64,000 nucleotides of DNA from Vicinamibacteria bacterium (GTDB lineage Bacteria; Acidobacteriota; Vicinamibacteria; Marinacidobacterales; Marinacidobacteraceae): assembly GCA_965199715.1 (NCBI GenBank), contig CBDATA010000001.1, positions 244,412 to 308,411 of the forward strand, given 5' to 3'. Shown here one piece after another: positions 19,337 through 33,683 of the stretch. The notes beneath the pieces are model-generated. The model saw only the letters and a program-made list of their open reading frames with translations, ran no database searches and was not told the DNA's origin. The translations under genes and the position numbers were made by a program. Positions within the stretch are counted from its first letter, which is position 1. Every line of letters begins with the position of its first letter.

Positions 19337-19371
19337 GGTGCTTTCCTCGCGGCGGATCGTAACCGGGCGCA

Positions 19372-19377
19372 TAGGAT
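19372..19377 (+). promoter_or_regulatory. Putative -10 box TAGGAT 6 nt before ATG 19384
   Basis: TAGGAT-GGAGCG-ATG; the divergent strand carries TACGAT upstream of fumC. Confidence 0.45.
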
Positions 19378-19383
19378 GGAGCG

Positions 19384-24818
<5,435 letters not shown>

Positions 24819-25532
24819 CTACGTCCCGCCGATCCGGACGGGGATGTCCTCGGCCAGGTGCGTCCCGCGGCCCCGACAGCGGAACATGTCGTCGGACTCG
24901 ACGGTCACCGAGGTCCAGGAGTCGTCCACGCCGCAGATGCTGGGCATGGCCGCCTCCTCGATCTCGTCCCCCGGATACGGGAGGCTCCGCGACTCCTCGC
25001 ACGCCGTGAAGAAGTCCCCCTGCTCGAACCGCACGCGGATGTCGAAGCGAGGCACGGCCCCGCCCTCGGCTTCGGCGCCGGTGCGCGCCGTCCACGTGAA
25101 ATGGAGCCAACCAGAAGTCCACGAACGTGGCGAGGCGCACGAGCCCGGAATCTCGTACGCCTCGTACGCCTCGGGCGCCTCGATCCCGGTAACTCCCACG
25201 ACCGGCCCCGGAAGCTGAGCGAAACGGCGAACCTTCCCGGCGCGACCGCGGTCACCTGCCCCGCGCGGACCGTCGCCGCTTCGTCGTCGGAGGAGATCCG
25301 CGCCGCCGCCTCGGTGATCTCGACCGACGAGCCGTCGCTGCATGCGGAGGTCGCGTCGAGCTGGACCGTCCGGCCCACCGCGAGACGTTCCGCATCCACG
25401 AACCACGTCGGTCCGGTGACGACGATCTCGGTGAGCGCGGGGCGGGGCCGGGGCCGAGACCGGGGCCACGGGATCGGAACCCCCGCACGCCCCGGCCGGG
25501 ACGGCGAGCGCGAGCGGCCCCGCGCCCCTCAT
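24819..25532 (-). pseudogene. Lipoprotein with bacterial Ig-like (Big_2) domain; two compensating frameshifts
   Basis: Lipobox GAC; the Ig-like segment LAVGRTVQLDAT..SDGS..ISSD..ATV..GQVTAVAPG lies in a different frame (about 25215-25440) from the N- and C-termini. Confidence 0.55.
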
Positions 25533-26659
25533 CCGAGGAACGTGCGGACGAACGTCCCGATCCCGAACCCGAGGTAGTTCCCGACCGCGTAGCCGGCGAG
25601 CGCGACCGCGACGCCGGGAAGCAGCTTGTCGCCGTAACCCCGCGCCGACGCGATCGCCACCGCCGAGGCCGCGCCGCCGACGTTCGCCTGCGACGCGACC
25701 ACGAGCGTCCCCGCGTCGAACCGCAGGAGGCGGCCCACGCCGAAGATCACGAGGCCGTGGGTCGCGACCGTCACCAGCGCGAAGAGGAACAGCGCCGGGC
25801 CGGCGGCGAGCATCTCGGAGACGAGCGACTGCGCCCCGTTTCCGGCGAGGAACAAGTAGAGCAAGGAGTTCCCGAGCACCGGCGCGCCCCGCAGCTTCCG
25901 CACCGCCGGCGTGTGGCCGAGGACGAGCGCGATCGTGGTCAGCCAGAGCACCGCCGGAATCGCGGGGACGGCCCCGGCGAGAAGCCGCGCCCCGCTCATC
26001 GCCCCGAGCGTGATCGCGGCGAGTCCGAAGAAGTCCATCATCCGGAGGCTTTCGCCGCTCTCCTTGAGCCGCTGCTCAAGCGTCATCGGCCCGCTTCCGG
26101 GCGCCACCGGCTCGAGCCCCTCGCCGCCGCGCAGCACCGCTGGAACCACGAGACAGGTGGCGAGCCATGCGGCGGTCACGATCACGTCGGCGGCGACCGC
26201 CCCCGACATGATCGCGGGGTCGGTCCCGAACGCGCTGGCGAGCGCGTAGAAGTTGGCCCCGCCGCCGATGTAGGTGCCGGTGAACTGGCCGGTCAGCTTC
26301 CACGCCTCGCCGCCGACGGCCCCCGAGAGCAGGAAGAACGCGAGCAGCGTCCCGGCCATGGTGCCGAGCGCCCCGAGCCCGAAGGCCCCGAGCATCGTCC
26401 GCCCGGCGTCGCGCACCGTGCGGAGGTCCACGTTGAGCAACACGAGCACGATGGCCGCGTTCACCCAGATGTTCCCGAGCTGGTAGTACGCCGGGGCGTC
26501 TCCCGGGAGGAGTCCCGAGTTCGAGAGGATCATCCCGAAGACGAGACACATCAGCCCGGCGCTCATGGCCCGGAAGAACCGGAAGCTCTTCTCGAGCCAG
26601 ACCGCGAGGAACACGGCGGCCGCGAGGACGAGGAAGACCCCGAACGGGTCCTGGATCAC
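25529..26659 (-). CDS. DUF819-family membrane protein
   Basis: Multiple transmembrane segments; TGTYIGGGANF and ASQANVGG motifs. Confidence 0.85.
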   Translation of the reverse strand: MIQDPFGVFLVLAAAVFLAVWLEKSFRFFRAMSAGLMCLVFGMILSNSGLLPGDAPAYYQLGNIWVNAAIVLVLLNVDLRTVRDAGRTMLGAFGLGALGTMAGTLLAFFLLSGAVGGEAWKLTGQFTGTYIGGGANFYALASAFGTDPAIMSGAVAADVIVTAAWLATCLVVPAVLRGGEGLEPVAPGSGPMTLEQRLKESGESLRMMDFFGLAAITLGAMSGARLLAGAVPAIPAVLWLTTIALVLGHTPAVRKLRGAPVLGNSLLYLFLAGNGAQSLVSEMLAAGPALFLFALVTVATHGLVIFGVGRLLRFDAGTLVVASQANVGGAASAVAIASARGYGDKLLPGVAVALAGYAVGNYLGFGIGTFVRTFLG

Positions 26660-26669
26660 GGAACCTCGC

Positions 26670-27764
26670 TCAGCGGATGCCGTCAGCCCACTCGCGCACC
26701 GGGTTCGTGAGGGTCCCGACGCCCTCCGCCCAGCACGAGGCGGTGTCGCCGGGCTTCATGAAAATCGGCGGGATCCGGGCGTACCCCACGCCGTCGGGGG
26801 TTCCGGTGGCGATCACGTCGCCGGGGCGCAGGATGAGGTTGTTCGAGGCGTAGTGGATCAGCTCGGGGATCTTGTGCTGCATCAGGCTGGTGTTCGAGTC
26901 CTGCATGATCTCGCCCGAGAGCGTGAACCGGATGTCCAGCACGTGCGGGTCGGCCACGAACTCCGCCGGGGTGATGAACGGCCCGAGCGGCGCGAACGTC
27001 TCGGTGCTCTTCCAGACGAGCCAGTCCGAGCCGTAGCGGTTGTCGCCGCGCCCCTCGCGGTCGCCCACGTCGTTCATCATGGTGTATCCGAAGACGTGCG
27101 CCGCGGCGTCCTCCGTCGGCGCGTCGCTGGCCGGCTTGCCGATCACGACCGCGAGCTCGCACTCCCAGTCCATCTGCTCCCGCCCCTCCTTCATCAGGAT
27201 GGGCTCCCCGGCGCCGATGACGATGCCCCCGGGCTTCATGAACAGGTAGGGGTTCTGGCGGCGGTCGTCCGGCTCCCGTCGCCAGAAGTGGTCCATCGAG
27301 ACCGGGGCGTCGTCGAGCGCCGAGGAGTCCGACATCTCCGCCGCGAGCCCGGTGGTCATCTCCACGCCGTGCTCGGGGTAGTTGAGGGCGGTCGCGAGGA
27401 TGAGGCCCGGCCGCACCGGCGGAAAGACGTGAAGCTCGGCGAGGTCGTGGACCCACACCGGCCGCTCGCCGCCGTCCAGCATCGGGACCACCCGGTCCAC
27501 GATGGCGTGGACGCGCTCGCGCATCCCGATCGCCCAGCGGCCGGCCATCTCGCTCATGTCGCCGGGCATCGGAAGGCGCACCCACATCCGGCTGCGGCGC
27601 TCGAGCGACTCGTTGGCGCGGCCCAGATCGACCACGAGGCTGTCGCGGAGCACGATCCCGAGGAAGGCCTCGCCCCGGTGCTCGAAGCTGCCGAGGCGGA
27701 AGGGCTCGACCGAGGCCGAAGCGGGCGCCGCGGCGAGCGCCGCCAAGAGGAGCAGGGATCGCAT
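26670..27764 (-). CDS. Fumarylacetoacetate hydrolase family protein with signal peptide
   Basis: LNYPEH, DWECELAVVIGK, GYT..ND, KS.ETFAPLGP and PGDVIATGTP motifs. Confidence 0.9.
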   Translation of the reverse strand: MRSLLLLAALAAAPASASVEPFRLGSFEHRGEAFLGIVLRDSLVVDLGRANESLERRSRMWVRLPMPGDMSEMAGRWAIGMRERVHAIVDRVVPMLDGGERPVWVHDLAELHVFPPVRPGLILATALNYPEHGVEMTTGLAAEMSDSSALDDAPVSMDHFWRREPDDRRQNPYLFMKPGGIVIGAGEPILMKEGREQMDWECELAVVIGKPASDAPTEDAAAHVFGYTMMNDVGDREGRGDNRYGSDWLVWKSTETFAPLGPFITPAEFVADPHVLDIRFTLSGEIMQDSNTSLMQHKIPELIHYASNNLILRPGDVIATGTPDGVGYARIPPIFMKPGDTASCWAEGVGTLTNPVREWADGIR

Positions 27765-27772
27765 GGTCGGCC

Positions 27773-29395
27773 TCACGGAACGAGATCAAGGATGGGATCC
27801 TTGATCCCGGTCATTTCCCAGCGCGCGAGCGTGATGGGGATCACGCCGGCGTCGTGGAAGGCGTCGAAGAAGCCGCGGATCGAGAAGTCCTCGCCCCGCT
27901 CGACGGCGTACTCGGCCAGCAGCTCCTCGATCTGGATCTTCCCGGTCACGTAGCTGGTCCCATAGCCGGGCTGGCGCAAGTAGAGCTGCTGCTCGCCGCG
28001 CACCAGCGCGCCCTCGGTCAGCCATCCCCGGGGCGTCCAGCGCATCGCGTGCGCGACCGCTTCCTCCATGTCGAACGAATGGCCGTGGAGCATGAGTCCG
28101 GACAGCGCCCGCGCAGCCCGCTGGGCGAGCATGATCCACGTCAGTTCGCGCGAGCGCGGCGAGCCCTCGAGCAGCCCGAGGTGCATGAACATCTCCTCGA
28201 CCCCGGTGGCCAGCCCCTCGGAGCGGGCGTCGAAGATGTTGTAGAGGGACGGAACGCGCCGGATCGGGCTCGAATGCGGGTCCTCGCGCATGGCGGCGAG
28301 CTCGATCCAGTGGTGCATGTGCGGACGGAAGGCGTCCGGATCCCGGTAGTTCACCTCGTTGAAGAAATTCCGCAGCTCGTCGGGATCGTCGATCGGGGCG
28401 TAGGCGCCGTTCACCGCGGCCAGCGCCGGCTCCATCCACGGCTCGACGGTCTGGATCTCCTCGCGCTCGAGGAAGTCCATGTACATGCGCACCGACTCGT
28501 CGAGCTCCCGGTCGTACTCCTCGGCGGACGCGATCCGGTCCAGGTCGGGAAGCCGCCGGTTGCGGTTCTCCTCGAGGCGCATCGAGGAGTGCGAGCGGGC
28601 CAGCTCCCGCCGCATGAGCGTGACCTGCTCCTCCCACGACCACGGCACGAGGTGGACGCGCTGCATCTTCCACGTGTAGTTCTCCGCGCCCACTCCGGAC
28701 TCGCCGGTGCGGTTCGGAGCCTCGGCCTCGAGCCAGTCAGCGAACGCGACGCTCGCCTCGCGCGCCGCCGCCACCGCCTCGTCGAGCGCGGCGGAGGTTC
28801 CGACGATCTCCTCGCCGAACGCCGCGAGGTCGGTCGCCTGGCCCCGAAAGGAGCGGATCCCCGACAGCCAGAGGTCGCGGGCGTTCGAGCCGGCGAGGTT
28901 GGCGCGCGCCTGCTCCAACAGCGCCGGCGTGGACGCGATCCGGGCGGCGAGGTCTTCGGCCGCGTCGTCCGACAGCGGGTACTCCTCGAGCCACAGGTCG
29001 ATGAACCCGTGGATGACCGCGCCCTCGTGCGCCGGCACGTCGCTTTGCGCCGGGAAGATGGTCACGTAGAAAGCCGGGTCGCGCGCCCACGGGCGGCGCA
29101 CTCGGTGGTCGAAGTCGAGCCCGTTCATCTCCGCCCGGACGATGTGCCAGTCCACCTGCTCCGCGACCGGCCAATCCCCGGGAGCGAGCGCGTCGAGGCG
29201 GGCGCGCAACTCGGGCAACGCGCGCTGCTGGCGCTCCATCGCCGCTTCGGAATAGTCCGGGACGCCGCTCTCGAACGCGGGCCGCTCGAAGGCGCGCCAC
29301 TCGTGGAAGAGCGCGACGAGGTCGTCGTGCGACTGGCCGAACGCCGGCGACCAGGCGAGCGTCAGGCCGGCGAGCAGGAGTGAACGACGGCGCAC
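27773..29395 (-). CDS. DUF885-like secreted protein (possible metallopeptidase-like)
   Basis: Signal peptide; HMHH..EGLA...EE and YLRQPGYGTSY..GK motifs; GTG start at 29395. Confidence 0.7.
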   Translation of the reverse strand: MRRRSLLLAGLTLAWSPAFGQSHDDLVALFHEWRAFERPAFESGVPDYSEAAMERQQRALPELRARLDALAPGDWPVAEQVDWHIVRAEMNGLDFDHRVRRPWARDPAFYVTIFPAQSDVPAHEGAVIHGFIDLWLEEYPLSDDAAEDLAARIASTPALLEQARANLAGSNARDLWLSGIRSFRGQATDLAAFGEEIVGTSAALDEAVAAAREASVAFADWLEAEAPNRTGESGVGAENYTWKMQRVHLVPWSWEEQVTLMRRELARSHSSMRLEENRNRRLPDLDRIASAEEYDRELDESVRMYMDFLEREEIQTVEPWMEPALAAVNGAYAPIDDPDELRNFFNEVNYRDPDAFRPHMHHWIELAAMREDPHSSPIRRVPSLYNIFDARSEGLATGVEEMFMHLGLLEGSPRSRELTWIMLAQRAARALSGLMLHGHSFDMEEAVAHAMRWTPRGWLTEGALVRGEQQLYLRQPGYGTSYVTGKIQIEELLAEYAVERGEDFSIRGFFDAFHDAGVIPITLARWEMTGIKDPILDLVP

Positions 29396-29400
29396 CGCGC

Positions 29401-30501
29401 TCAGACCGCGCGCCGGAGCGCGGCCAGGAACCGGTCCACGTCGGCGTCGGTGTGGTAGTGGGCGAGCGAGGCCCGGATCGCTCCGGCCTTCGGATCGACG
29501 GAGTAGGCCTGCAGCGCCTCCGGGGCGCCGAGGTCGCCGTGCTCCACCCGAATCCCCTCGGCGCGAAGCCGCTTGACGACGGCGGCGTCGTCGCTCCAGG
29601 TGACGAACGCGAACACCGGGATGCGCGACGCGGCGCGCCAGGGGTCGGCGTCGCCGAGCAGCCGCACGCCCTCGATCCAGCGGAGCCCGGAGAGCAGCTT
29701 GCGGGTGAGCACGCGCTCGTCCTGCCGGATCCCCTGCATCCCCCGGCGCATCGCTTCGCGCCGTCCGAACCGATCGGAGGGGGGCGCCACCACGAGCGGC
29801 GCGCCCTCCCCGAGCGCCTCCACGTAGCGGGTGATCGACGAGAGCCCCGACGCGGTCCCCGACGAGACCGCCGGCGGGTCGGCGAGATGGGGACGCTTCG
29901 TCCACATGGCGGATCCGCCCGCGCCGAACAGGTCCCCGCCGTCGAGGAGCACGCCGTCGCAGCGGAACCGGCGCACGTCGAGCGGGCCGTGCGACGCGAA
30001 GTGGCTCGCCTCGACCACGAGCAGGATGTCGGTCCCGGCGAGGAGCTGCGAGTGCGGGACGACCTCGAGCAGCTCGCCGGTCACCGCGCACGCCTTGCTC
30101 ATCAGGACCATGCGGGTGCGGCCGTCGAGCAGCGGCTTCAGCTCGGAGCCGACCGGCCAGTCCACGGCCTCCACGCTGCGTGGAAGGGCGTCGAGGATCG
30201 CCTTGCGGCGGGGCGCCGGCTCGCGCATCGAGACCACCACCCGGTCCCCGGCGGAAAAGCCCGCCGAGCCCATGAGCCGGGCGACCAGATCGGCGTAGTC
30301 GTCCGCGAGGGTCACCTGCGCCGGGGCCTGGCTCTCGTTCGAGTTCCAGAACCATGCGAGGTCGGTGACCGCCTCTGGAATCGTGGCCTCGACCGGTACG
30401 CCGAGGCGCCTCGGAGCCGCAGCGGCGTCAAGGTCCAGTTCGTCCGGCGGCGGGGGACGAAACGCGTCGCGTACCAATTCAGTGGGCAGGTGCATGGTCA
30501 T
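29401..30501 (-). CDS. Aminotransferase class V / cysteine desulfurase-like protein lacking the PLP lysine
   Basis: LLDGRTRMV, SHGPLDV and C-terminal IRASLAHYHT..DVDRFLAAL motifs; the SxYK position reads DGGD. Confidence 0.7.
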   Translation of the reverse strand: MTMHLPTELVRDAFRPPPPDELDLDAAAAPRRLGVPVEATIPEAVTDLAWFWNSNESQAPAQVTLADDYADLVARLMGSAGFSAGDRVVVSMREPAPRRKAILDALPRSVEAVDWPVGSELKPLLDGRTRMVLMSKACAVTGELLEVVPHSQLLAGTDILLVVEASHFASHGPLDVRRFRCDGVLLDGGDLFGAGGSAMWTKRPHLADPPAVSSGTASGLSSITRYVEALGEGAPLVVAPPSDRFGRREAMRRGMQGIRQDERVLTRKLLSGLRWIEGVRLLGDADPWRAASRIPVFAFVTWSDDAAVVKRLRAEGIRVEHGDLGAPEALQAYSVDPKAGAIRASLAHYHTDADVDRFLAALRRAV

Positions 30502-30516
30502 GCGTAGGATAGGCGA
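30502..30516. promoter_or_regulatory. Putative bidirectional leaderless promoter (TAGGAT / TATCCT)
   Basis: 15-bp divergent gap; TAGGAT at 30505-30510 is 6 nt before the ygfZ GTG and overlaps TATCCT on the minus strand. Confidence 0.5.
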
Positions 30517-31383
30517 GTGCCGCGCCCGCCCCATCCGCTCGCCGACGGCCCCCGGATCACGAGGGAGGCGGCGGCGCTCGTGCGGGTCGCCGGCGCCGAC
30601 CGGCGCTCGTTCCTGACGCGGGTCATGTCGGGCGACCTGCCCCCCTCGGGAGCCGCCCCGACGGCGTTGCTGGGCCCCCGGGGGGCGCTGCGCGCGGTCG
30701 GCGTAGCGGCCGTTCTGCCGGACCGGATCGACCTCCATTGCGGCGCGGAGGAAGCGGAGGGACTGCGGGCCGCGCTCGACCGGTACCTGATCGCCGACGA
30801 CGTGACGCTTGAGGTCGCGCCCGCGGCGGCGACGCGCATCGACGGACAGGACGCGCCCGAGGCGTTCGCCGCGCTGCCCGACGGCTTCCTGCTGCGGGCG
30901 CGCCGTCCGTGGCCCTCGTTCGTCGTCGTCCAGGAGCCGCCGGGAGGCGGCGCGTGGGAAGACGGCGCGACGCCGACTTCGCCCGAGGAGGCCGAGTGGC
31001 TGCGCATCGCGGCGGGCGAGCCGCGTTGGGGGTTCGAGGCCGACGCGACCTCGCTGCCGCTTCAGTGCGGGTACGCGGCGCACGTCCGGCTCGGCAAGGG
31101 CTGCTACATCGGGCAGGAGTACGTGGCGCGCCAGGCGCACCGGGGCCGCGTCAGCCGGCAACTCGTCGGGATCGCCTTCGACGGGGCGGCCGCGCCGCCC
31201 GGGGCTGCGGTCTGGATCGACGGACGAGACGTGGGCAAGCTGACCAGCGCCGCCTCGATTCCCGGGTCCGCGCTCGGGCTGGCGCTCGTGGCGGCGGGCG
31301 TTCCGCCGGGACCGCGCGCGCTCGTCGGCGACCGCCCGGCTGCCGCGTTCCCCCTTCCCTTCCCGGAGGAGGCGCTCCCTTGA
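30517..31383 (+). CDS. ygfZ: Folate-binding Fe-S cluster repair protein YgfZ (GcvT family)
   Basis: KGCYIGQE signature motif. Confidence 0.9.
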   Translation: MPRPPHPLADGPRITREAAALVRVAGADRRSFLTRVMSGDLPPSGAAPTALLGPRGALRAVGVAAVLPDRIDLHCGAEEAEGLRAALDRYLIADDVTLEVAPAAATRIDGQDAPEAFAALPDGFLLRARRPWPSFVVVQEPPGGGAWEDGATPTSPEEAEWLRIAAGEPRWGFEADATSLPLQCGYAAHVRLGKGCYIGQEYVARQAHRGRVSRQLVGIAFDGAAAPPGAAVWIDGRDVGKLTSAASIPGSALGLALVAAGVPPGPRALVGDRPAAAFPLPFPEEALP

Positions 31384-31937
31384 ACGACTTCCGATTCCGC
31401 GTTGCGTGGATCGCCTTCAGCGCCGCCGGCATGAGCCTCGCCGCAGCCGTCGGCCGGCCGCTTTCGATGTGGGTCGGCGGCCATGCGCACGAGGCCATGG
31501 GCGCCTTCTTCGGCGAGGCCGCGATCGGGACCGTGGCGGGCGGCGTGACGCTCGGCGGGGTCGGGGTCGCGCAGGCGATCGCGCTGCGGGGCCGCGCCGC
31601 GGGGGCGATCCGCTGGGCGCTCGCTTCCGGCCTCGGGGGCGCGTCGGCCGCCGCGAGCGCGTTCGCCCTGTTCACGGTCCTTCCGGGGCCGGGCCTCGCG
31701 ACCGCCGTGGCCGCCGCGGTCGGAGTCGCGAGCTGGATTGCGGCGTTCTCGGCGTTCCTCCCCGGCTGCCGGCTGCTCGGCCCGGCGAGCGCCGCCGCCT
31801 TTCTCGCGGCGGCCGCGGTCGCCGCGGGGGCCGGCGCGCTCCTCGGACTTGCGGGCGGCGGCGCTGCGTTCGCGGCCCTGATGGGCGCCCAGTACGGCCT
31901 CCTGCTGCTGCCGGCGCTCGCCCGATGGACGGCTTAA
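31380..31937 (+). CDS. Hypothetical membrane protein
   Basis: TTG start overlapping the ygfZ stop; Ala/Gly-rich hydrophobic segments. Confidence 0.55.
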   Translation: MNDFRFRVAWIAFSAAGMSLAAAVGRPLSMWVGGHAHEAMGAFFGEAAIGTVAGGVTLGGVGVAQAIALRGRAAGAIRWALASGLGGASAAASAFALFTVLPGPGLATAVAAAVGVASWIAAFSAFLPGCRLLGPASAAAFLAAAAVAAGAGALLGLAGGGAAFAALMGAQYGLLLLPALARWTA

Positions 31938-32010
31938 CCCGCCGCAGCGTTAGACTTGGCCCCCAGAACCGGCCCGACTCGGCTTCGACGACGGCCATAA
32001 TCACCGCCAC

Positions 32011-32634
32011 ATGGACGAGACCGAGACCACGCCGCCCTACGAGCCGGGGGACCAGATCTTCTACCCGCAGGTCGGTCACTGCGAGGTCGGCGACACGATC
32101 GCCGACGCCCGCAGCGGGCTGGAGCTTCTGGAGCTCACGCCGCAGGACGCGACCGGCGCGGTTCCTTCCCGGAACCGCATCCTCGTGCCGACCGGGCAGT
32201 TGGACGCCTGCCGGATCCGCCGCCCCGGCGCCGCGCCCGGCGTGATCGCCGACATTCTGGGCTCCGACTTCGAGCCCACGATCGAGGACGCGACCGAGCG
32301 GCTGGACCTGATCGCCGAGCAGGAGCGCGAGGGATCGGTGAAGGCGCTGGCGCTCGCGCTGAAACGGCTCCACCTCCGCCGGGAGATGAAGACGATCACC
32401 CGCGAGGAGGAGCGGCACCGCGCCCGGATTCGAAAGTGGCTCGTGCTCGAGTACATGGCGGAAGAGGACTGCACCGCCGGACAGGCGCAGGCAGCGATCA
32501 CCCGCCTGCTGCGCGCCACGATGATGAAGGTGCGCAACCGCGAGAAGGAAGCGGCCCGGCAGCGCCGCAAGGAAGAGCGCGCGGCCCGCATCGCGAAGGA
32601 AACCGAGCGCCGCCGCCGCAAGGGTCGTCACTGA
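32011..32634 (+). CDS. carD: CarD-family transcription factor with basic C-terminal tail
   Basis: YEPGDQIFYPQVGHCEV...ILVPT...IRR N-terminal RID-like domain; CATAAT upstream. Confidence 0.75.
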   Translation: MDETETTPPYEPGDQIFYPQVGHCEVGDTIADARSGLELLELTPQDATGAVPSRNRILVPTGQLDACRIRRPGAAPGVIADILGSDFEPTIEDATERLDLIAEQEREGSVKALALALKRLHLRREMKTITREEERHRARIRKWLVLEYMAEEDCTAGQAQAAITRLLRATMMKVRNREKEAARQRRKEERAARIAKETERRRRKGRH

Positions 32635-32653
32635 CGGCCCGCCCCGCCCCCGC

Positions 32654-33683
32654 GTGACCTTGCTCGCGCACCTCGCGCACCGCATCGCCCGGGGCGGCGC
32701 CGAACCTGCCGCCACGCAGGCCCTCGCCTACGTCCTCGGCGCGCACGACGACCTCCTGAAGGCGTTCGTGAGCGCCCTGAGAGCCGACTTCGCCCCGGAA
32801 GCGTCGTCTGCGAAGAAGCTGCGGAGGACGGACGGCCGGACCTCCCGATCCGGGACGCGGACGACGACGCGCGGCTGCTCGTCGAGAACAGGTTCAGGGC
32901 GGGACTGACCGAGAAGCAACCCGTGGGCTACCTCCATTCGCTTCCCGAGGACGTTCCGTCCATGCTCGTCTTCGTCGTTCCCCATGAACGGATGAGCGTT
33001 CTCTGGCCGGAGCTCCTGAAACGGTGCGGCCAGCCGCTCGAGATCGTCTCCGACAGGGGCGAGGTCCCTTCCGGGCGGCTCGGACAACGCACGCTCGCCA
33101 TCACGAGCTGGAAGCACGTCCTGAACGAGCTCTCCCGGGAGTCAGGGCCGGCGGGCCTCCGCGAGGACGTCGCGCAACTCCAGGGCCTTGCGACCGAACT
33201 CGACGACGAGGGATCTCTCCCGCTCCGCGACGAGGAACTCACGGACCGGCGCGCGCCGAAGCGACTGACGCAGTATCGGGCGCTGATCGAGCGGATCATC
33301 CTTGACCTCGCCATGGCGTACCCGGCGGAGCGGCGGCGCGTGAGCCGGGGCGCCGCCTGGACCGGCCGGTCGGTCCATGTCGGTGTGGCCTCTTGCTTCC
33401 GCATGAGCATCGAATTCGAGAGTTGGCGCCGATGGGGCGCTCACCGATCCGCGTGCGGCGGGAGGCGGACCGGGAAGGCGATCTCGTCGTGACTCGGGCG
33501 GTGAGCGTGCTCCGGGACGCGAAGGAGGAGGTATTCGAACACGAAGGAGAGATGCGGATTCCGGTCCGACCGGCCACCGGCGTGGAGCGGGACCGGGTCG
33601 TCGAAACAGCGGTGACCCGGCTTGGCCGGATCGCCGACCGGATCGCCCAAGCGTTCCCCGACCAGAGTCTCCCGCGTCCATGA
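32654..33683 (+). pseudogene. PD-(D/E)XK nuclease-like gene split by two frameshifts
   Basis: EPAATQALAYVL / GRPDL..RD....RLLVENRF.AGLT..QP..YL / C-terminal part ending at 33683; frame shifts near 32795 and 33440. Confidence 0.6.
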
